Source of the DNA: Oikopleura dioica
Taxonomy: Eukaryota; Animalia; Chordata
Length of the DNA stretch: 64,000 nt
Assembly: GCA_907165135.1 (NCBI GenBank)
Contig: OU015567.1
Span: forward strand, 15,252,001 to 15,316,000
Reading direction: 5' to 3'
Shown here: in pieces, positions 12,536-25,238 of the stretch
Layout: the number at the start of each line of letters is the position of its first letter
Position numbering within the stretch: position 1 is the stretch's first letter
The notes under the pieces: model-generated
What the model was told of the DNA's origin: nothing
Seen by the model: only the letters and a program-made list of their open reading frames with translations
The model's database searches: none
Program-made: the position numbers and the translations under genes

Positions 12536-13096
12536 ACGATCGAGTTACTAAAAATTACTGTGACACTGACCCTGTCGATTAAGGTTAGAGGAAACAGTAA
12601 ATGAATCGGATATGCCTGAAGTGAGAGTTAAAAGATCTCATGATTTACATCATATTTATCTGTTTATGTATGTAGCAATTTTCAAAGCAATTGAGGCATG
12701 AAATTGCTTCAGCAAGATGTTTGAAATGTTCTTTTGATTGTCAAATTTTATGTCTTCGGCATGTTTAAATGATGGAAACAATGACATGCTCTTTCTTTAT
12801 TCTTTAGTTGTTAGATTAAATTCTTTAAAAAAGACTCGAATAGTTACATCTTGTAAATGATTTTATTGAAAAGAATAAACGGCAGTTATGTGAATATTCA
12901 CAGAGTATAAATTTCATCGAGGATGGACAAAGATTGATGCTGTTTGTTCAGGATTCAAAATAATAAATGGTAGTAGTGGCATAAAATGTGATGGTGCGCG
13001 TTTTTTCTCGAATTCGTCTAATAGTGAAATGGAACCAGGAGAAGTTGTGTGAAACTGGACATTTGCGGGAGCAGCTCTTCTTGTGGGGTTGGAACT

Positions 13097-16000
13097 TTAG
13101 AGCTTGAGCCAGGGATGCACTTCCAACGATTTCTTCGACCGATCGCCGTAGTCGTAGAGAAGCTCGGTTCCCGCAGGAATGTCTTCTTTCGCGAAGATGA
13201 TGAGGCGCACTGGGTCGATCGGGTCTTGCATCTAAAAACAAATCTGTTAATTTAAATTCCGACAATGGAAAACTTACGTCCAGAGGCTTCGTCGCGCAAT
13301 TGGGCGTCTTGCAGGAATGATTCAAAAGCCTTCCGTAGAAAGGCGACTCTGCCGTGGCGTCGATGCAGTATTTCTTGCCCTTGAATTCGAACCAATACAT
13401 GTAGGAGCCAGTTTCGGGATCTTCGTAGTACTTGCTTTCTTGGGCGTAGCTTTCTTCGATGTTTTCGGGGTAGAAGAAGTCGCCCTTGTATTCTACCACG
13501 AAATCGCCCTAAAAACAGAAACCGTAAGACATTTTTCACTGAAAATGTTTATATAATAAGTACGCTCCGAAGTTTAGGAGGAATCCAATTAATTCGCGTA
13601 AATAATCAAACTTACAGGGTCAGTAGAGGGGTTGTCATTTGATGATCAAATTTTGAAAATATAAAAATTGAAGATTGAAGATCAAAATTTAGGAAAGCCT
13701 TCTATTATTGGTACTTACTTTATTGAATTTCCTGGTACTATAGATGCCTCTCTGCTTGATTGGACAGTTTCTGATCTCAAGGCTAAAAGTATCAATTGAG
13801 TATCAATCACTGTTTTCTAAAAAAGCCTTACCCTTCCTGACACTGAGATTTGACAAGATCGCGCCAGAGCTCGTCCTTCTCATCTTCGATCTGTTTGCTC
13901 GTCTTTCGGTTGCTTCGTCGGACTTCGAAGAAATCTGTGATTCGTGTGATTGTGTTCTTCTTTTCGAAATCTTCATCGGTTTCTTTTTTCACTTTTCTCT
14001 TCGGCTTCGTTTTCTGAAACAGAATATTACTGCAAGTGCCGGCTTACCGGTATTTTCCCCATTTCACTATCAGAAGTAGATAAAGAGATTAACACTGTTT
14101 TTTTAGGTTTACTCCCACTTTTTCAGACGCCCTTTATTCGCGTCAGGGCACGAGCTACCCCCTTATGATCAATAGTAAAAATGATCCTCGTCATCTGGGG
14201 ATTCTAAAACAATATCATATAAGGATGTTCCTTGGCCAGAGTCATGGAAAAATTTCACGGTTTTACACATAAAACAGGCCATTTTGGGCATACCCTCTCT
14301 TCGAATGAGTCATTCGAGGTCATGTGACCTCACCAAGGTCACGAGACCCAGACGAGGACACGCAGCAGAGTCTGGGCTTTCAGAAAATATATAGAAGTAT
14401 GGGGGTTACAACTAAGGATTTTGAATGCGGTTGGGACAAAGTGGGAGCTAGGTTCAACAAATCGAAATCCGATGCCCGGAAAACCCGATATCGGATCGGA
14501 TATTTATCGGGTTTTGTCGGGTTTTTTTTTTCACCCTACAAAACCCGATCCTGAAAATTTCAAAAACCCGACGTAGGATCGGGTTTTTGTCGGATTTTGT
14601 CGGAATTTCGTCGGGTTTTTCTTGCCTTTTCAGCCAATCACAGTCGGTCAAATAGCCTCCCTTGCCCTTTTTTACTCAAAAAGCACTCGAAATAGATGAG
14701 AACTGCCTCCAAAACCGGGGAAAGGCAGAGAACGAGCTCTAGAGGACATTTACATTAATCTTACCAAAGATAATCATCTGGCGATTGAGAGAATGAAATT
14801 CAGCGAGGTCCCTGGCAATCAGCGATCCATTTCGAGGGCAGAATTTCAGAGAACGCCTGAGCTTGAAGGCCTTAGCAGAACAGTCTTTTAGGTTGACTCC
14901 CACTATTTTCAACCCCATGGGTTATTTAAAGTCATGTGACCTCGGCAAGGCCTAACCCCCTAAACTGCAACTCAGCAAGGTCCAAGCTTTCTAAACATAT
15001 AAAGAGGGTTTGGATTATTTATTCTATATTCTACCGTATTACTAATATTATTGCACAATGGGAAAATGCACATTCTAAATAATATTATTAATGATCCTCG
15101 AAAATTGTTGAAAAAATCTGCTCGAGATAAGTTATTGACCTTCTTTTGACTTGATTTTTTTAATTTTTGCTTGTAGGAAACCCGACAAAAATCCGACAAA
15201 AAACCCGATAAAAACCCGATTTCGGACCCGACAAAAACCCGATAAAATCCAACAAAACCCGATCCAACAAAACCCGACCTCCTAAAAAACCCGATAAAAC
15301 CCGATCTTGGTTTCGGGCGATTTTGTTGAACCTAGAGTGGGAGTAAACCTAAAAAAAACAGTGTTATTATCAGTACAAGAGGTTTAAATTTTTGCAAACT
15401 AAGCTCACTGATAAACTAAGCTAAAACTCAGCTTAGTAAGCTGGAATACCATATACCGTATATTCTCGCGACTCAAAGTAAAATACAAATTGCCTCTTTG
15501 AAGTAAAATCTTTCGATAATGTGTCAACTAAAGAGTCTTGTTTGATCCTCTTTGATGAATATACAAGGTACTATCATTATTATATTATCATTATATTAAA
15601 GATAATTGTAACTGTAATTGTTACTTAATCACCTTTGCTTTCTTCTTCTCATCTTTTGGTTCTGGAGACTTGAGAACATCGTTTAGATTGCGCCTTGCCG
15701 AATCTTCTACTTTTACTTCTGGTTTTCTTGTAAGTTTGGGCATTTCCTTCGCTGCCGCTTCTTTCTTCTCAGGCTGCTCTTTTGGTTCCTCTTTTGGCTC
15801 TTCTTTGACTTCTTCTTTCGCTGGCGGAATTTCACGAAGAGGCGATTTACGAGCTTCCATTTCTTCAAAGGGGCCTCGATACGGCGATTTAGGAGCTTCA
15901 TTTATCGCGACTTTCTTGTTTTTCTTCGGCTTCTTCTTTTTCTCAGCTGTCTTTTTCGATTTTGAGTCTTTCAGACTTTTTGCGCCTCGGATTTCTTTTT

Positions 16001-16550
16001 CTTCATGATTTCGCCGATCGTTGGCGGCGAGGGAGGACTTTGATCCAGGTAATTTGGGGTCTGCACATCGCCACTAAAGATGCAAATGAATTTGTATTTT
16101 CTCTTCATTTTTGGTTTTGTTTGAAAAAGGGGAAAAAGAAAAGCTTATATTTACCTCGTTCCGGAGACAACAACTGACGCCTTCTGATCGAAATCTAGCT
16201 TTTTCTAAAATCTCGGTTGGAAAAAGACACAAATCAAAGACACGCATACTAAACAGGAAGTCCTGTCATATGACAACCGTTTCTTGGGGCGAGCAGGGGA
16301 GGCACTTTCTCCGCGACTCCTCGAAGTTGCCTTTTCGAAGCTTTAAAAATTGAATGATTTCAAATCGAATCGTTTGATCTTCAATTAATTAAAATCAAAT
16401 GATACTTTCTGGTAAAAATCAAAGCTTTTCCTTTGTAGAAGCACTTTCATTCTTCCTCGGCGAAGCTTCTAGCGTATCTTTCAGAACTTTTCTGGGACTC
16501 TCAGGCGTACAGATCGGCCCATTATTTTTCTTCTTACCGACATGAACCAT
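13097..16550 (-). CDS. KMT5A: H4K20 monomethyltransferase SET8/PR-Set7
   Basis: ITDFFEVRRSNRKT; GDFVVEYKG; YMYWFEFKGKKYCIDAT...GRLLNHS; ELLYDYGDRSKKSLEVHPWLKL* are diagnostic SET8 motifs. K/E-rich N-terminal exons at 15620-16550; ATG directly after a TTTCAG acceptor. Confidence 0.9.
14092..15364. mobile_element. TA-flanked non-autonomous element (Tc1/mariner-like MITE), interrupted by B2
   Basis: ~30-bp TIR ACACTGTTTTTTTAGGTTTACTCCCACTTT with TA on both sides; the right TIR is reconstituted when 14448-15335 plus one TSD copy is removed; lies in a KMT5A intron. Confidence 0.8.
14448..15335. mobile_element. Non-autonomous hAT-like element, CTAGG termini (family B2)
   Basis: TIR CTAGGTTCAACAAA...TTTGTTGAACCTAG; exact 8-bp TSD AGTGGGAG (14440-14447 and 15336-15343); subterminal arrays of AAAACCCGA(T/C) in inverted orientation at the two ends. 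Confidence 0.9.
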
Positions 16551-16603
16551 CTGAAAGATTCAACTTGAAAATTTGGTAAATAAGTCTGTCTTCAATTTTA
16601 TAG

Positions 16604-18300
16604 TCAGAGAAAAGAGACTTTGATCTCTCCTTTTGAATACTTTCGTCTTTCGCCTTCAAATAAATATGAGTTTTCGCCACGAGCAGCCGATAAAAGTTGA
16701 TTTTCTAGCGTTCTTGGGTCCGGTCGTGGAATTGGCAGCGCTGGAAATGGATTTCCTAAAGAAAGATATAAAGGTCAACACAACTGCTCTAGAAATAAGG
16801 CATCTGGGATCAGCAATCTGTGTAAAAACCTGAGTCAGGGTCCTGAAAGAGCGATAAATTGTAGGCTCTTCGTTATTGACTGTAATTTATAGCTCTTTTG
16901 AGGGCTGACTCAGGTTTCGACACAGGTTGCCGAGCCAGGAAAAGCACCTTTAATCTCCAAAACACTGTAAGAAGTAACATCAGTTTCAATAATAGCTTTG
17001 AAAGACTGAGGATCGTAAGTAAGCCCGGCTGCGTAATCATCGCCCCAATAAAGCGTTTCTCTCTTGTCGAAGTTGCCCAGCCACGCTCGTTGAGTAGCTA
17101 AACAGTAATTCAAAACGATTAGCGATGAGCAAGAAAAACATACGCTTCTTGAGAACGCCCATTTTGGAGAGACGAGGAAGAATAACATTCAGAAATTTGG
17201 ACTCGATGCCCGTATCGCGCTCGAGTGGCTGCTCTTCATGTGTCTAAATAAGAAACACAAATTAACGGTCGAAAAGACAGACGCCCACACTCGAAGATAA
17301 CAACGACCGAATGGTCGTGATTCAACGAGCCTCGGTAACCTGTGTCAGGGCCTGAAAGAGCTTGACTTTTCATTCAACCTTTCGGGAAATGAAATCCAAA
17401 CTCTTGGTCGAACCTGTTTTTTTGTAAGAAAAATTGCTTCAAAAGTAAAAAAATACCTTGTGATGAAGGTAATTTTCCGGAATTCCGCCAGTACCGAGCC
17501 ACCAAGAAAGCATTTCGTTCGCATATCTTGGTTGTTTCTCCTAAATACCAGTTTAAAAGAAGCAGAGATCGAATACCATGAAGTTTAACTCTTGTGGGAG
17601 AAAGCCCCTGGGCCCCCTTCCCCGTATCCCGCACAAATCACTGTCGGGGAAGTCTAGAAAATTTCTTAACCACTTGCTCGGCGGTTTAGAAGAATCTCGA
17701 GATTCTGAAGAACAGAATCTGGAAAGTAAACGAGTCTGAGCCAATGAGAGAGCCGACAAGGGTTTGCGCGGCTTCTCCCAAAATTAGGCGCGCTCAGAAA
17801 TGCCCATGTCCCGGGCCAATATCTCCCGCCACATGTCTTCAGACATGGGCAGATTCTCCTATCTCCCTTTACTGCTCAACTTCATGGTAGAACCTTGTTT
17901 AGTGCGATGAAAACGAGTTTCTTGAAGTAGCTTTCAGCGTTCATCGCCTGCCGGGTTCTGAATTCGACGCGCTCCATGTCAATCAGCATGTGGAGATCAT
18001 CTCGCGTGTGTTTTAGATGGTTCCAGTTCACATCGCCCAAAACGGCCCTAGATCGAAATCACGTATATAATTTTCTCGATATGAAAAATGGCAGGCTTAT
18101 CTGCTTGATAAGATAATTTTCTCGTCTAAAAATACCTCTAAAAGAGCTTTACTTACCAATCTCCAGGTCTTTTTGCGTAACAGTTCCATAAATACTCGAT
18201 AGTCTGTTTCTTTTCAATCGGCCGAGACAACTTCCAGATATTCTCATTTCTTTCACATGTTTTTCAAAAGCATTTTATCTCTAGAGAAATCATATTCTCC
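16604..18300 (-). CDS. Uncharacterised multi-exon gene (possibly two genes) upstream of KMT5A
   Basis: In-frame spliced exons, e.g. VLEIKG|NPFPALPIPRPDPRTLENQL...GEIKVSFL* and DLEIG|AVLGDVNW...IALNK. An in-frame TAA near 17783 must be a gene boundary or lie in a short non-canonical intron. No family recognised. Confidence 0.4.
16804..16938. mobile_element. MITE family A copy, intronic
   Basis: CTGGGATCAGCAATCTGTGTAAAAACCTGAGTCAGGGTCC ... GGCTGACTCAGGTTTCGACACAGGTTGCCGAGCCAG. Confidence 0.85.
17332..17362. mobile_element. MITE family A solo, internally deleted arm
   Basis: CTCGGTAACCTGTG joined directly to TCAGGGCCTGAAAGAG. Confidence 0.45.
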
Positions 18301-18457
18301 GTGAAAATTTGAGAAATCACATAAAATCTATAATTGATTGAGAATTTCTCAAATAATTTAAAAAAATATGTTTTGAAAAAAACATTCCTTCAATTTGGTA
18401 CTTCAAATTCTTCTCTTTTGCTTGTTTCCTCTATATTTCGCTATCCCTTTTTATTTC

Positions 18458-19115
18458 GGCTACACGACGTTTTGACTAAACCGACGTTCTCGCTAACCGA
18501 CGTTTTCGCTAAACCGACGTTCTCACCAAAAGTCAAAACGTCGGTTTAGTCAAAACGTCGGTTTAGTCAAAACGTCGGTTTTCCTTAAAAATGCGGGGGC
18601 AATCAGAGCGAATGAGAATAAGCTCTTCCTGGATTATAAATTCTGTCTAAAGCCCGCCGTCTTACTCAAACCGAAATTAACTTGGAAAAACAAAATTTAT
18701 ATTTTTTAATTTATTATTTTAAAATTATTATTTGAATAACAAAATCAATAATTTTAAAAAATATTAAGTCTGCATAAATTACTGATCTTTTTACATTTTA
18801 TCGGTCTTGGGATCATTTTTAAAAGATTTATTTTAGTTATATTCGTTAATTTAATGAAGATATTCATTATTCTTATACTTTTACTCTTCACAATGATCTT
18901 TCGAAAGATAATGAAAACGTCGGTTTGACGAAAACGTCGGTTTCCAAACTGAGTCTTAACCAAATTCAAGGCGTCCACGCATTTTTAAGGAAAACCGACG
19001 TTTTGACTTAACCGACGTTCCGACTAAACCGACGTTTTGACTTTTGGTGAGAACGTCGGTTTAGCGAAAACGTCGGTTAGCGAGAACGTCGGTTTAGTCA
19101 AAACGTCGTGTAGCC
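18458..19115. mobile_element. Mutator/foldback-like non-autonomous element
   Basis: ~140-bp near-perfect TIRs GGCTACACGACG.../...CGTCGTGTAGCC built of AACCGACGTT(T/C) units; exact 10-bp TSD TTTTTATTTC (18448-18457 and 19116-19125); AT-rich core without ORF. Confidence 0.9.
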
Positions 19116-19248
19116 TTTTTATTTCTCCTTGCGCAGGTTTCTCTTCTCGCTCCTTATTGGCGCGCCCAATCAATAAGCTTCCTTTCTCGACAAAATCCGA
19201 TTTTCGAATAAAAGCGAGATCTTTCAATTTTTAATTTTAGATTGAGAA

Positions 19249-20852
19249 ATGCCTCTTTCTCGACTGGACGGAGTGGAGAAAAGAGTCGGCTTCAAATGTA
19301 CCGTCGACGAATGCGGGAAAGTCTTCCAGGAAAGGGAAGACATTCTCAAGCACATCAAAGAAAACCACAAAACTGGACGTTTCAAGAAAGTACTGCTTGG
19401 CTCAACTGCTAAGCCGCCGACTGCTGGAGCCATTACTGGTACTTTATTTCTTTCCGGGCTCGGCAACCTGCGTAGAAAACCTGACTCAGGGTCCGAGAAA
19501 AATTTTGACCCTGACTCAGGTTTTCTACATAGGTTGACGAGTCCACATTTCAATTTTACTGTTTTCCATGCTATTTTAGCCAAGAAAACAGCCGGACTAG
19601 CATCGATCACTCTCCACAGAAAGAAAGAAACGAAGGAAAAGGAAGAAAAGCAGAAAGTCTACCGTTGCACCGTTTGTCGACTGATTAAGCCAACTCGGAA
19701 TGAAATCGAAGCTCATTGCTTGGCAAAACACAATCAGAAATCTAAGTGGATTCTTGTCAATCGAAAGAAGCAGATGGCGAGAAAAGCAGTCGACTCACTT
19801 AGTAAGTTGCCAAAAATTGAGAATCCTGATCTCTAGAACGATTTCTCCGATTTTATGTTTAATTTTAAGAATCATTGAAGGACGAGTACGACAATGTTGA
19901 AACTTATCATTGTCCATATTGCGAGTTCGAGACAGAAAAGCTCACGGGACTGGTGAAACATTTGCCACAACACACACCCGATGATTTGTATGAAGTGAGC
20001 CTCAGATTGCAGAAGAATATGAAGTTGAAAACCTTCAGGTTTCATTTCTCCGCTTTTTTCTTTCGTTTATCAACTCTTTTAAGATGCATTGTCTGCTTCT
20101 ACAGGTCGCTGAAAGGGTCGACTTTGCGCGAACACTTGGAATCTCATTCGGAAGAAGATATCCTCGATCGTGCCTTGGACTTTTCCAACGATCAAGCAGA
20201 TGACTCCTCAAGCGAAGAGGAAGAAGACGAAGAAACAGAGCCCGAGATTGAGGAAGAAAATATCATCGACTTCAAGCAACCGCTGCAATTCAAGCCAGGC
20301 GATGCTCACTAGTAAGATTCTCCGAAAAAAAAGATCAGAAACTCTTATTTTAGTCAGGCAATTCAAGATAACGATATTGTCTTGCCAAAGAAGTTCACCT
20401 GCACCCTTTGCAGCTACCTATGCTCCTCGAAGAAAGAAGTCTCCATGCATGTGAAGGACTTTCATAGAATTGAAATGAACGAACACCTGATCTTGTCGAG
20501 CTTCATTGACGAGAAGCTGGAGTCGTTGACGACGGATACACCGGATAAGAAGGCGAGAGAAACTATCACATTGCCAGCTGCTAAGAAATTGACCACGAAG
20601 CCTCACCAAGGCCGCAAGGAGTCGACCATTTGTCTCGGGCTCAATATTTTTGATAATTGCTGACGTTGATAAATCCCCATAGGTATCCATTTTCTGAGCC
20701 CTAGAATCAGTAAATACTGCGGCAGAGAAATTCCAGCGTGGGATCATGTTTTTCTCCAACGCCATTTGGAGCTACATGAGAAAGCTGCTACAGGAGGAAG
20801 TGTTGCCCTCCCCTATCCCGCTGAATGGATTGTCGACTCCACCTCCAAATAG
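19249..20852 (+). CDS. Dispersed C2H2 zinc-finger protein (5-6 fingers)
   Basis: CTVDECGKVF...HIKENH; CTVC...HCLAKH; CPYC...HLPQH; CIVC...HLESH; CTLC...HVKDFH; probable KYC...HLELH in the last exon (junction not resolved). Confidence 0.8.
19456..19544. mobile_element. MITE family A minimal copy (almost pure hairpin) in zinc-finger gene intron 19439-19579
   Basis: GGGCTCGGCAACCTGCGTAGAAAACCTGACTCAGGGTC + 13-nt spacer + GACCCTGACTCAGGTTTTCTACATAGGTTGACGAGTCC. Confidence 0.9.
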
Positions 20853-20965
20853 TTCAATCCTCTTTTTCCTCAGTTTTTTGCCCATTTTTGCTTTCAAAAC
20901 ACTACCTGACTGAACAAAACAGATGATAGATACTTCTACAAATCTCTTTTATTAAAATTTTAGAA

Positions 20966-22371
20966 ATGTCAGACCAGGCAGTTTCGGAGTTTATGTCCAT
21001 CACCGGATGCAGCGACGCCGCTAGGGCAAAGGTAGGTCAACAAATTTATGATCAACGACTAGTTATGTCATTAATCGTGCTCTTTTATCCTTGCGGTCAA
21101 TAATTCTGAAACAACTTCTAGTTCTTCCTTGACGCTGCGTCGAACGACCTTTCCGCCGCGATCACAAATTTCTTCGACGCTGGTGGAAACGATGCTCAAA
21201 TCGACCAGCCAATGGAGCAAGTAGCAGAACCAGCTGTTCCAGAGCCCGCACCAGCGGCAGCAGCACCCGAACCACGACTTGCGGGAGGTACTGCGGCATA
21301 GCTCGTTTTATTGCGTGTTTATGGGATCAGTCATTGGTGGTCTTTTTAGTACTAATGCCTTCTCTCCTTAGTTTCTATGGGAGGCACCCAGAGAGGCAGA
21401 AACGACGGCCCTAGAGAATTCAGCGTTGGAGGCGAAAAATCTGGACTTGCTGTCATGAAGGACGAAAATCAGGATAACGACTCTTACGTCAAGAGCATTT
21501 TCAAGGTGAGATCAGAATATTGAGCTTTCATCTAAAAAGTACAAAAGCGAGCTCAAGAAAATGCCGGAGCTACGGACGAAGACCCATCAGAGAAAAAAGA
21601 ACGCTTCTCTGGCGGCGGTTACAAACTCGGAGGCGACGGACACGCTTCTCAAAGAATCGAAAAACCGAAACCGAAAGAACCAGAAAAAGTTAAAATCACG
21701 ATGTGGAAAGATGGTTTTACTATCAATGATGAAGTAAGGATTTTTCGTTTTTGATTGTTCAACTCATTGTTTGAATAATTTTAGGACATTCGACTTTACA
21801 GTGAGCCCAGAAATCAGCAATTCTTGGATCAAGTCACCAGCGGAAGACTGCCGACAGATCTTCTGAAATACGGAACAGAAGTGGCTCTGGAAATGGAGGA
21901 CAGACGACAAGACGATTACGAAGAAAACAAGGTAACATGTTACCCAGAGAAAGGTCTTAAAAACAGCGATTCTAGCCAAAGCCACAGTTCAAAGCTTTCA
22001 CTGGAAGTGGAAACAGACTTGGCGCAAGCGACGCTGGTCCCTCAGTTCCACCACCAAAGGCTCCGGCGACGGAATCACTGGTCAACATTGACGAGTCAAA
22101 ATCAAAGACCAAGTTGCGATTCCGTCTTGCTTCTGGAAAACAGCTAGTTCAAGGTAAATCATAAATTAACGCCACTGTTACTCATAAACTCGCAGAATTC
22201 AACCAAGACCACACTATCAGCGACATCAAAAAGTTCTGCGACCCTCATGCCGGCGGACGCTCTTACGAGCTGCGTTCTGGCTTCCCGCCGAAGCCCCTCG
22301 ATCTCAATTCCACTTCTTCACTCGTCGAGGCGAAACTGCTCAATGAAACCGTTATTCAAAGACTGCTCTAA
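20966..22371 (+). CDS. NSFL1C: NSFL1 cofactor p47 (UBA-SEP-UBX)
   Basis: VSEFMSITG (UBA-like); FSVGGEKSGLAV; FSGGGYKLG; ITMWKDGFTIND...FLDQVTSGRLP (SEP); FTGSGNRLG (SHP); LRFRLASGKQLVQEFNQDHTISD...SGFPPK (UBX). Confidence 0.95.
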
Positions 22372-22967
22372 CAATCTAACAAGTATCACTCACTTCATAT
22401 TTCTATTCTCACATGTACTGCGTTTTTAGTCAATTCTTGCGTTAAAAGTTCAAAAAAGCGATTACATGGAGATGCAACTGATAAGCCACTATGTATTGTC
22501 TAATAAAGAATTTTGTCAAACATAAGAAATCATTACGTTTTGCGATATTTTATCGTAATGATCATGTGTCAATTTTTTTAAGCATTGAAATAAGAAGAAA
22601 AAGTCATCTTCTTTTGTGATTGTAGATTTATTCAGATTACATTTATCTGGCTCTTTTTTCAGTGGCAGTTTTGAAAAACAGGTCGAAATTGGACTATACT
22701 TTCAAACTATTCGTACAGTGGTTTGACTTGATGTAGGTGGAACTTAATCTGACAATCCCTAGCCCAACGCAAGGGACAGTATGGGTGATCCTCGTCGTCG
22801 GCTTCATCTTTGAAGCATTCGTAGCAAGCAACATGGCCACACCTTGCCAAAAACGATTTTTGGCGATCTGTATCGTTGTAATCCTCGTTACAACCTTTGC
22901 AATATTGGAAGTCTTTTCTGCTTTCTAAAAGAATGACGTTACATTTCCCATTGAAATTGTAGCAGCA

Positions 22968-23780
22968 TTAGGTCGATTTGTTAAAACATGAACTTACCTT
23001 TTGCGTCAACCTCCTCATCGAGAGAGAGCTTGGCGGCGACTGGATGAAATTCGTATGAAAGTTGTTTGAATCGTTTGAGAACAGCGTTTTTCTCTTTCTC
23101 TCGATGAATAAAATCTTCCTTGTCATATTCATTTTCCTGTTTCTTTTCGTCAACATATTTCTTCTTTTTTTCTATGAGTTTTTCTTCATCAACAACTTTC
23201 TTTTTGGCTTCTATGAGTTTTTTCTCGGCTTCTTCCGCTTGCTTCTTTAGCTGTTCCAGGATACCTTCGTGTCGTTTTATACTGCGTCCTTGTCTTGTTA
23301 TCTTGGCTTTAGAAGTCGCATAAGCATCCTTCGTGCCTCTGAGAGAATTTAATTCATCCTCATAAAAGTAATGAACAGCGTTTAGTTGTTTTTCCTGGGC
23401 TTCAAAGTAATTTTATAAATCTGTGATAATATTTAGTTTCATACCTTTTTCATTCTCCACCAGCACTTTTGAAGCTGGTTCGCAACATGTTCCCAGGAAA
23501 AAATCCTTGAACGAAACCTCCTTTGATTTGCAGCTTTCTTCGTCATTGTAGGCAAGGCATTTGAATTTTGCGTCAGACTCTCTATAAGACAACACGACCG
23601 AGCAGTTCTCGGTTTCGGGCGAGTCGCTGCCATACTCTTTTGTTTCACAGGTTTCACATAGTCTTCTTCCTTCAATTTCGACCGTTCCAGTCGGTACTCT
23701 TCAAATTCAAACTCCATCAAAGCAACATGATTTTTCAGTCTTACCCGTCGCACTCAGATCCAACGCACTTTCCATAGTCT
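22968..23780 (-). CDS. Uncharacterised K/E-rich coiled-coil protein
   Basis: Minus-strand exons with LEQLKKQAEEAEKKLIEAKKKVVDEEKLIEKKKK; GTAAG donor after MESALDLSAT; no family recognised. Confidence 0.4.
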
Positions 23781-24232
23781 CCGTATGAAATCAGCATGCC
23801 AGGGAAAAGACTCTCAAAGGACTCTACTTTGGCCCTCTTTGGCGCTGAGGTCGACGCTTCATCTGAATCAATTTTTCGTGACCTGAGCTTCATCGATAAA
23901 AAAAGTGAAAGGATTAATTTGCCGGCTTTTCTCGCAACTCAAATTGAGAGATTTTCATATAGGGTGCTGATTGGACAGATTTAACGGAAAAGAACCGAAT
24001 TTCAGCCAATTGTCTATCGACTATCAAGGATGCACCATCGTGATTTACCAGAAACTTTCTGCTACCTTAGGTAGATCAGGGTTCTTTTGAAGTGATGATG
24101 GTTTACTGGAAATTATCTCTAGAACTTATTTTGGTTCCATTACGTGTCTCATATTCTTGGATAGAAAGTAAGCAAGGACATCAAAAAAGGTTAAAAAACT
24201 CAGGAAATTTATCCTTGCTAAATTGTTTTCAG

Positions 24233-24780
24233 ATGACAGATGATTACTACATGATCAACGATTATTATACAATAGACGACGACAACTACGAAGATTACGA
24301 CGACGTTCGCGGCGTGATCCAGCGCCGTGGCCCTGTTCTCGAACGAGCCATCGAAGAACCAGAGGAAGACGAAACGTTCGGCAACAACAAGATCATCAAC
24401 TTCATTCTCGAGCAGAGCCCCTTCGATGACGAGCGAATAACATTTGCTGTTGCTTCCGTCGCTCTTTTCATATTCGTAAGTAGAAACATTTTTCTTCTCA
24501 ATCACTTTTGAAACTTTAGCTCATCATACTCTTCTATGTCGTCAAATATTGCTGTTGCAACTCAAAGCAGAAAACATCTGTCATCTATGGATTCCCACGC
24601 GCCTCTGCTGGCAAATACAACGACCTTGAAACCGGAGACTACGATTCAGGTACAGTCAGAGTTCCAGTCATTGAAAAACCATTTCCTCCAGACAGCGACA
24701 TGTCTGATATCAACGAAGACATCCCTCTTCTCGAGTCACCACGAAGCGATGCTCCAGCTATTCCAGATCGAGACTACTAG
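24233..24780 (+). CDS. Small single-pass membrane protein with acidic D/Y-rich N-terminus
   Basis: ATG after TTTTCAG; TM ITFAVASVALFIF|LIILFYVV followed by KYCCC; two short GT-AG introns. Confidence 0.5.
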
Positions 24781-25238
24781 AAATATGAAGAAAAAAAACT
24801 CACTCAAGAATTTTTAAACTGCATTTATCACATCACCGCCCATTTTTTTAAAATAAATATTCATAGATCATATTTTTGAGCTTTTTTTTTATTTGATAAA
24901 CTCTTGCAAATGCAGATAAATACGGAAGTAACACGATTTTGAATCTTTAATTTTGGTTTGAACCTAACCAAGCAAAGCAAGTAGTGGTCGAGATCCAACA
25001 AGATCGTCCAAATCGGAGGTCAAGCAGCAAAGATATGAAGCTGTAGCTGGGTTAGGTTCCTTTTTAGCTGGATTGAAAAAGGGCCCGGCCAAGCAAGATT
25101 AATTAGTTCGTTGTAGGTAATTAAATATGGATCATGTGACTGACCCAGAAGTCGAGTTGTATAGTTTACGAGTGCAAAATAAGACAATAAAAACCTAAGT
25201 TCATCTGGGTGCTCTTATTTCAATCCTGACCTAATGAT

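Noticed and set aside
18458-19115. AACCGACGTT repeats as a CRISPR array
   Set aside because: Units are tandem and inverted with no unique spacers, bounded by TIRs and a TSD, in a eukaryotic genome with no cas genes.
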